64,000 bases of DNA. It comes from an uncultured Bacilli bacterium (lineage in GTDB: Bacteria > Bacillota_I > Bacilli_A > RFN20 > DUOF01). The stretch is from assembly GCA_944363575.1 (NCBI GenBank), contig CALVUJ010000010.1, positions 19,817 through 83,816 on the forward strand. The letters run 5' to 3'. A model generated the notes under the pieces. That model made no database searches. It was not told the origin of the DNA and saw only the letters and a program-made list of their open reading frames with translations. The position numbers and the translations under genes are program-made. Below, one piece after another: positions 60,034 to 64,000 of the stretch (position 1 is its first letter; every line of letters begins with the position of its first letter).

Positions 60034-60522
60034 ATGAAACTATATATTAAGAACAAATTTGCTTCGATTACAGGTAAATCAGTTGTCCTTGATGAGAATA
60101 AAAATCCTGTATATAAGGTTAAGGGAAGATTATTTTCTTTTACAAAGAAGAAAAAGATTTATGATTTAGAGAAGAATAAATTGTATACTGTTAGGAATAA
60201 GTATTGGCATTTCTTTATGCATAGTGCATTTGTGTATGATAGTGAGGGTACTAAGATTTTAAAGTTATCGCAAAAATTTAAGTTTGGTATAAAGTTTGTA
60301 GTTGAAGGGTATCAAGATGAGATTAAGATTGAGGGTTCACCTTTTAGATTTAATTGTAGTGTTTATAAGAATGATAAATTAATTGGTAATCTTTATAAGA
60401 AGTATTTCGCTATGGTGGATAGTTATGAGTTAGATATTGAAGATGATGAGAAAGAAAATGCACCTTTGTTTGTGGCGATTGTTATTGCTTTAGATAATAT
60501 AAAAGATAGGAATTTTAAGTAG
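60034..60522 (+). CDS. LURP-one-related/tubby-C-like (DUF567, YxjI-like) protein, putative.
   Basis: The ~160-aa beta-rich protein resembles YxjI/LURP1 family sequences (KNKFASITGKSVVLDENKNPVYKVKGRLFSF). Confidence 0.4.
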   Translation: MKLYIKNKFASITGKSVVLDENKNPVYKVKGRLFSFTKKKKIYDLEKNKLYTVRNKYWHFFMHSAFVYDSEGTKILKLSQKFKFGIKFVVEGYQDEIKIEGSPFRFNCSVYKNDKLIGNLYKKYFAMVDSYELDIEDDEKENAPLFVAIVIALDNIKDRNFK

Positions 60523-60543
60523 TTTTAGTTAATTGAAGAAGTT

Positions 60544-60572
60544 AAGAAGGTAAAATATACCTTCTTTTTTTA
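60544..60572 (+). terminator. Rho-independent terminator (GAAGGTA-aaata-TACCTTC plus T8).
   Basis: Hairpin plus T-run read directly from the sequence. Confidence 0.75.
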
Positions 60573-60601
60573 TTAAATAGTATAATTTAATTGGTGATTA
60601 T

Positions 60602-61165
60602 ATGCTTATAGGTGTAGTAGGTAAGTCTGGGTCTGGGAAGTCATCTTTAGTTAGGAAGATGATGTCTTTTGATAATTCTATAGTGCATATAGATATTGAT
60701 GAAATAGGCAGGGATATTTTAAGGGATGCAGAGATAGTTAAAGAGATTGTGAGAATAGTAGGAGATTGTTCGGTTGTCGTTAATGGTGTGTTGGATCGTA
60801 AGAGGGTAGGTAGAATTATTTTTAATGATGTTAAAAAATATGAAGATTATTATAAGTATACAGAGAAGATAGAATATTCTATTATAGATAAAATTATTGA
60901 GAATAATAATGGTAAGAAGATAGTGTTAGATTGGTTTACTTTGAATAGGACAAAGTATTGGGGTTTTTTAGATTATAAGATTTTAGTGGATGCAAGTTAT
61001 GATATTAGGAAGAGAAGAGTTATTAGTAGGGATAAGATTAGTGAAGATTATTTTGATTTAAGGGAAAAGAAGATGCTTGATTATAATAGGGATGAGATGG
61101 ATTTTATTATTGATGGTAGTTTTAGTGATGATGAGGTTAAACATTTGTTAGGAGAGTTAAAATGA
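60602..61165 (+). CDS. coaE: Dephospho-CoA kinase.
   Basis: The P-loop IGVVGKSGSGKSS, the DxD motif (IDIDEIG) and a CoaE-like lid region (RKRVGRIIFND...VDASYDIRKRRVISRD) are present. Confidence 0.65.
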   Translation: MLIGVVGKSGSGKSSLVRKMMSFDNSIVHIDIDEIGRDILRDAEIVKEIVRIVGDCSVVVNGVLDRKRVGRIIFNDVKKYEDYYKYTEKIEYSIIDKIIENNNGKKIVLDWFTLNRTKYWGFLDYKILVDASYDIRKRRVISRDKISEDYFDLREKKMLDYNRDEMDFIIDGSFSDDEVKHLLGELK

Positions 61166-62475
61166 GTGAGTTATTTATTAGAGAATATGAGAAAATGAAT
61201 GGGTTTAATAGTAGGGATGAGATACTTTATGATGAGTGTTTGTTTTCTTATATTGATATTTTAAAGGAAAAAGAAGTGGAGGTTTATGCTAAAAAGGTAG
61301 TTAGTTGCAAATGTACCTCTAGTGTGAACTTTAATACTTATTATGATAAGTGTGATAAGTGTAAGGGAACAGGCAAGATTAACTTAAATGATAATGAAGT
61401 TAAGTGCAATCATTGTAAGGGAACAGGCAAAGTTATAAAAAACGAATGTCCTTTGTGTAAGGGTGAAGGGAAAGTTATTAAAAAGGGTAAAGTAACAGTT
61501 AAACTTCGTAAAGATTTAAAAGAAGGAGATTTAATCAAACAAGATAATTTAGTTATTAAAGTTAAGATTAAAGATTTAGAGTGTTTTGAGATTAAGGGTA
61601 ATGATGTGTATGATCGAAGAATTATTTGTTTTAATAAAGAGGAAGTTAGTAAGAAAGTTAGTAAGAGTGTTGAGACAATTGAAGATATCGTTTGGGTTAA
61701 GTCTAGTGGAGATAAGGTTGAAGAAGTAGTTAGGTTAGAGGGTAAAGGTTTAAATGGAGGAGATTATTATGTGTGTTTACGTAGTGAGTTAACACCTTTG
61801 AAGGGTAAAGATGCATATAAGAATGTTATTATTAGCAGGGATAAATTAAATTTTTATGTGAAGGTTAAGGAAATAGAGAGCGATAAGTTATGTTTAAATA
61901 CTTATTATTATAAGAAAGTTAATGATAGTGATGAGTATGAGTATCTTAGTTTGAGTGATGTGTATAATTTTAAGATTGTTAAATTAAAGGATAAAGGGTT
62001 GAGGGGTAAGAATGGTGGTAGTAATGGAGATTTATATTTAAGGGTTTTCTTTGATGATGAGTTTAAAAATATTGATGATAAATTGTATTATAAACCTGTA
62101 TTGCTTAGTAAATATGAAATTAGTGATGGGAAGAAAGTTTTAGAGTTTGCTAAAACGAGAATTAATTTATCTTTTATGAAAAATATAGATAAAGAGGAAG
62201 TAATTAAAGTTAAGGATTATGGGTTTATGAAGGGGAAGGATGAGTTTTTAGATTTATATGTTACTTTGAATCCATATGGTATGGAAGTGTATAAGGTTAG
62301 TGTTAAGGTGAATAAGAAAGATAAGATAGTTTATTTAGGTGATTATAAGTATTACTTTTATGAAGAAGTTAAGGTTAAGAAGGATGGTTTAAAGGTTCTT
62401 TTAAGTAAGAAGAGTGACAATGTAGAAGTTAGTGATGGGAATAATAAAGTAATTGTTAGAGTTCTTAGGGGGTGA
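61162..62475 (+). CDS. DnaJ-type cysteine-rich zinc-finger protein lacking a J-domain. Three CxxCxGxGK repeats plus a C-terminal beta domain.
   Basis: The repeats are CDKCKGTGK, CNHCKGTGK and CPLCKGEGK. No HPD motif is present. The gene overlaps the coaE stop (ATGA). Confidence 0.55.
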   Translation: MSELFIREYEKMNGFNSRDEILYDECLFSYIDILKEKEVEVYAKKVVSCKCTSSVNFNTYYDKCDKCKGTGKINLNDNEVKCNHCKGTGKVIKNECPLCKGEGKVIKKGKVTVKLRKDLKEGDLIKQDNLVIKVKIKDLECFEIKGNDVYDRRIICFNKEEVSKKVSKSVETIEDIVWVKSSGDKVEEVVRLEGKGLNGGDYYVCLRSELTPLKGKDAYKNVIISRDKLNFYVKVKEIESDKLCLNTYYYKKVNDSDEYEYLSLSDVYNFKIVKLKDKGLRGKNGGSNGDLYLRVFFDDEFKNIDDKLYYKPVLLSKYEISDGKKVLEFAKTRINLSFMKNIDKEEVIKVKDYGFMKGKDEFLDLYVTLNPYGMEVYKVSVKVNKKDKIVYLGDYKYYFYEEVKVKKDGLKVLLSKKSDNVEVSDGNNKVIVRVLRG

Positions 62476-62479
62476 AAGG

Positions 62480-64000
62480 ATGAGTATTTTCTTTGATTTT
62501 AGTGAGATTTATAAAAATGAGTATAGTAAAAGGATGGCAGGAGCTTCTTTTTATAAGTTTTTAGATTATCAAAATATTGATTTAGATTATTTTGTAAAAG
62601 AAATTATAGTTAAAGAAAATACTTTTTTAGTAGCATGTTCTAGTATGGAGAGAAGGCTTTTAAAAGATATTAATTTTTCTTATTATAAGAATTTCTTTTT
62701 AAGGCCTAAAAATAGTGTTTATCAGTTAGTGGGAGATTTTGTTATTGAGAATAATAATGAGAGTTATTTTAAGGTTAAAGATCTTTTTATTAATGATAGT
62801 TTGAGTGTTAAAAAATATGAAAAAGAGTTTAGTTTTGAAGTTAGGATTAGAGTGGAGCAGAAGAAGTGTGAAAGTAATTTAAAAGAGATTAGAAGTATTG
62901 TTAATGAGACAATTAATGTTTATGATTATCGTTGTTTAGATTTTGTTAGAGATTTTGATAGTTATTTGGAGTTTGAGAAGAAGTATTTTTTAAGAAAATT
63001 AGGATTTTATAAGAGTGATGGGTTTAAAGTTATTGAGTTAAAGGAAATTAAAAGAAATCTTAGTTTGCTTAAAAAATATGAGGATGTTCTTTATTTTGAT
63101 GATGGAAATAATTATTTTTATGTTGATGGGGATAGTGAGGTTAGTGAGCCTTATAATAGTGTAATGGCCGTGGAGTTTTTAGTGAGTATTAGAAGTGATG
63201 AGGGTAGTTTTAATAAGTTGCAGTTTTTTGTGAGTCAGGAAATTGAGATTGCTAATGTTAAGGAAGCATTAGAGGGCGATAAACTTATTACATCAGGGAA
63301 AGAGTTAGAGTTTAGTTTTAAGACAAGGAGACTTGGTAGTTTGTTAGCACCACTTGAGGAAGTTAGTAGGACTAGTGAGGAAATTACTTATCGTTTTTCA
63401 AAGTTTTGGAGCGATGAGGATAGCGATGTATATTTTAGTTTTGCTAGAGTGAGTGATTATATCACTTCATTATTTGGAGAGAAGCCTTTGTTAGTTAATA
63501 TTTTGAGTGGTGATGTTGCACTTTATAAAAGAGGGAAGCAAGCTTTAAAAGATTTAAAAGAAGGGAATGTTAAAAGTCCTGGTATTGCGAGTTGTTTGTT
63601 CAATATTAGTGAGTATGAGACAAGGGAAGATCTTTTTAAGAAAGATGAAATTGAATGGAGTAATAATTCGTTAGATAGATATCAAAAAGAAGCTGTTTTT
63701 AGGGCACTTAATTCTAATTCAATCTTTTTATTACAAGGGCCACCAGGTACCGGTAAGACTCAAACGATTACGGAAATGGTTTATCAGTTTAATAAAAGGG
63801 GCAAGAAAGTGCTTTTATCATCACAAACGCATGTGGCTATTGATAACGTTATTGAAAGATTACCAGATGAATTGAATGTGTTACCTATTAGATTAATTAA
63901 TAGTGAAAGAAAGATGAAGGCTAGTAAAAACTATTTGCCGGATAAATTAGTAGATAATTTTTATGATAAAATGAAGAATAAGTATATGAATAAAGAAGTT
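62480..64000 (+). CDS. Superfamily-1 (Upf1/DNA2-like, AAA_11/AAA_12) helicase with a ~400-aa N-terminal domain of unknown function. 3'-truncated at the window edge.
   Basis: The ORF is open from ATG 62480 to the window end and is not in the ORF track. Walker A LLQGPPGTGKTQTITEMV is present. The upstream Q-motif-like segment is RYQKEAVFRAL. It lies 4 bp after the previous gene. Confidence 0.6.
   Translation, partial: MSIFFDFSEIYKNEYSKRMAGASFYKFLDYQNIDLDYFVKEIIVKENTFLVACSSMERRLLKDINFSYYKNFFLRPKNSVYQLVGDFVIENNNESYFKVKDLFINDSLSVKKYEKEFSFEVRIRVEQKKCESNLKEIRSIVNETINVYDYRCLDFVRDFDSYLEFEKKYFLRKLGFYKSDGFKVIELKEIKRNLSLLKKYEDVLYFDDGNNYFYVDGDSEVSEPYNSVMAVEFLVSIRSDEGSFNKLQFFVSQEIEIANVKEALEGDKLITSGKELEFSFKTRRLGSLLAPLEEVSRTSEEITYRFSKFWSDEDSDVYFSFARVSDYITSLFGEKPLLVNILSGDVALYKRGKQALKDLKEGNVKSPGIASCLFNISEYETREDLFKKDEIEWSNNSLDRYQKEAVFRALNSNSIFLLQGPPGTGKTQTITEMVYQFNKRGKKVLLSSQTHVAIDNVIERLPDELNVLPIRLINSERKMKASKNYLPDKLVDNFYDKMKNKYMNKEV

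Overview
This 64 kb window comes from a low-GC (roughly 30% GC) genome of a Firmicutes/Tenericutes-like anaerobe. Genetic code 11 is in use, because TGA acts as a stop in rpoB, rpoC and every other long gene. Most genes are on the + strand.

The backbone is the classic Bacillus-type cluster rlmB(yacO)-sigH-rpmG-secE-nusG-rplK-rplA-(L10 leader)-rplJ-rplL-ybxB-like methyltransferase-rpoB-rpoC. Two things are unusual about it. First, a roughly 1.8 kb AT-rich insertion sits exactly between nusG and rplK. It carries three small genes: an MqsR-like toxin candidate, an MqsA-like zinc-ribbon/HTH antitoxin, and a Panacea (DUF4065) domain protein. Second, rpoC is not followed by rpsL-rpsG-fusA-tuf; a surface-protein island follows instead.

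Other modules in the window:
- A trimeric NuoE/NuoF/HydA-type [FeFe] hydrogenase (HydCBA) on the minus strand, divergent from mgtC.
- An rnfCDGEA operon preceded by a zinc-phospholipase-C-like gene. Its RnfD carries an extra C-terminal FMN-binding domain. The RnfB gene is only a 107-aa N-terminal fragment, and an unannotated 53-aa Cys-rich membrane peptide precedes it.
- An extracytoplasmic flavinylation module downstream of rnf: ApbE lipoprotein, DUF1312, Gx transporter and TSCPD protein.
- A SAM-I-like leader upstream of metK, then hpf.
- A glycerol module: alpha/beta hydrolase, glpK, glpA-like dehydrogenase, FAD/NAD oxidoreductase, DUF1667.
- Two tandem CPBP proteases plus thioredoxin, glgA, a DUF2207 protein, pta and an M29 aminopeptidase.
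- Large repeat-rich surface or membrane proteins, one of which contains a roughly 500-bp intragenic tandem duplication.
- At the 3' edge, coaE followed by a DnaJ-type zinc-finger protein and a truncated SF1 (Upf1-like) helicase with a long unknown N-terminal domain.

No rRNA, tRNA or CRISPR array was found.
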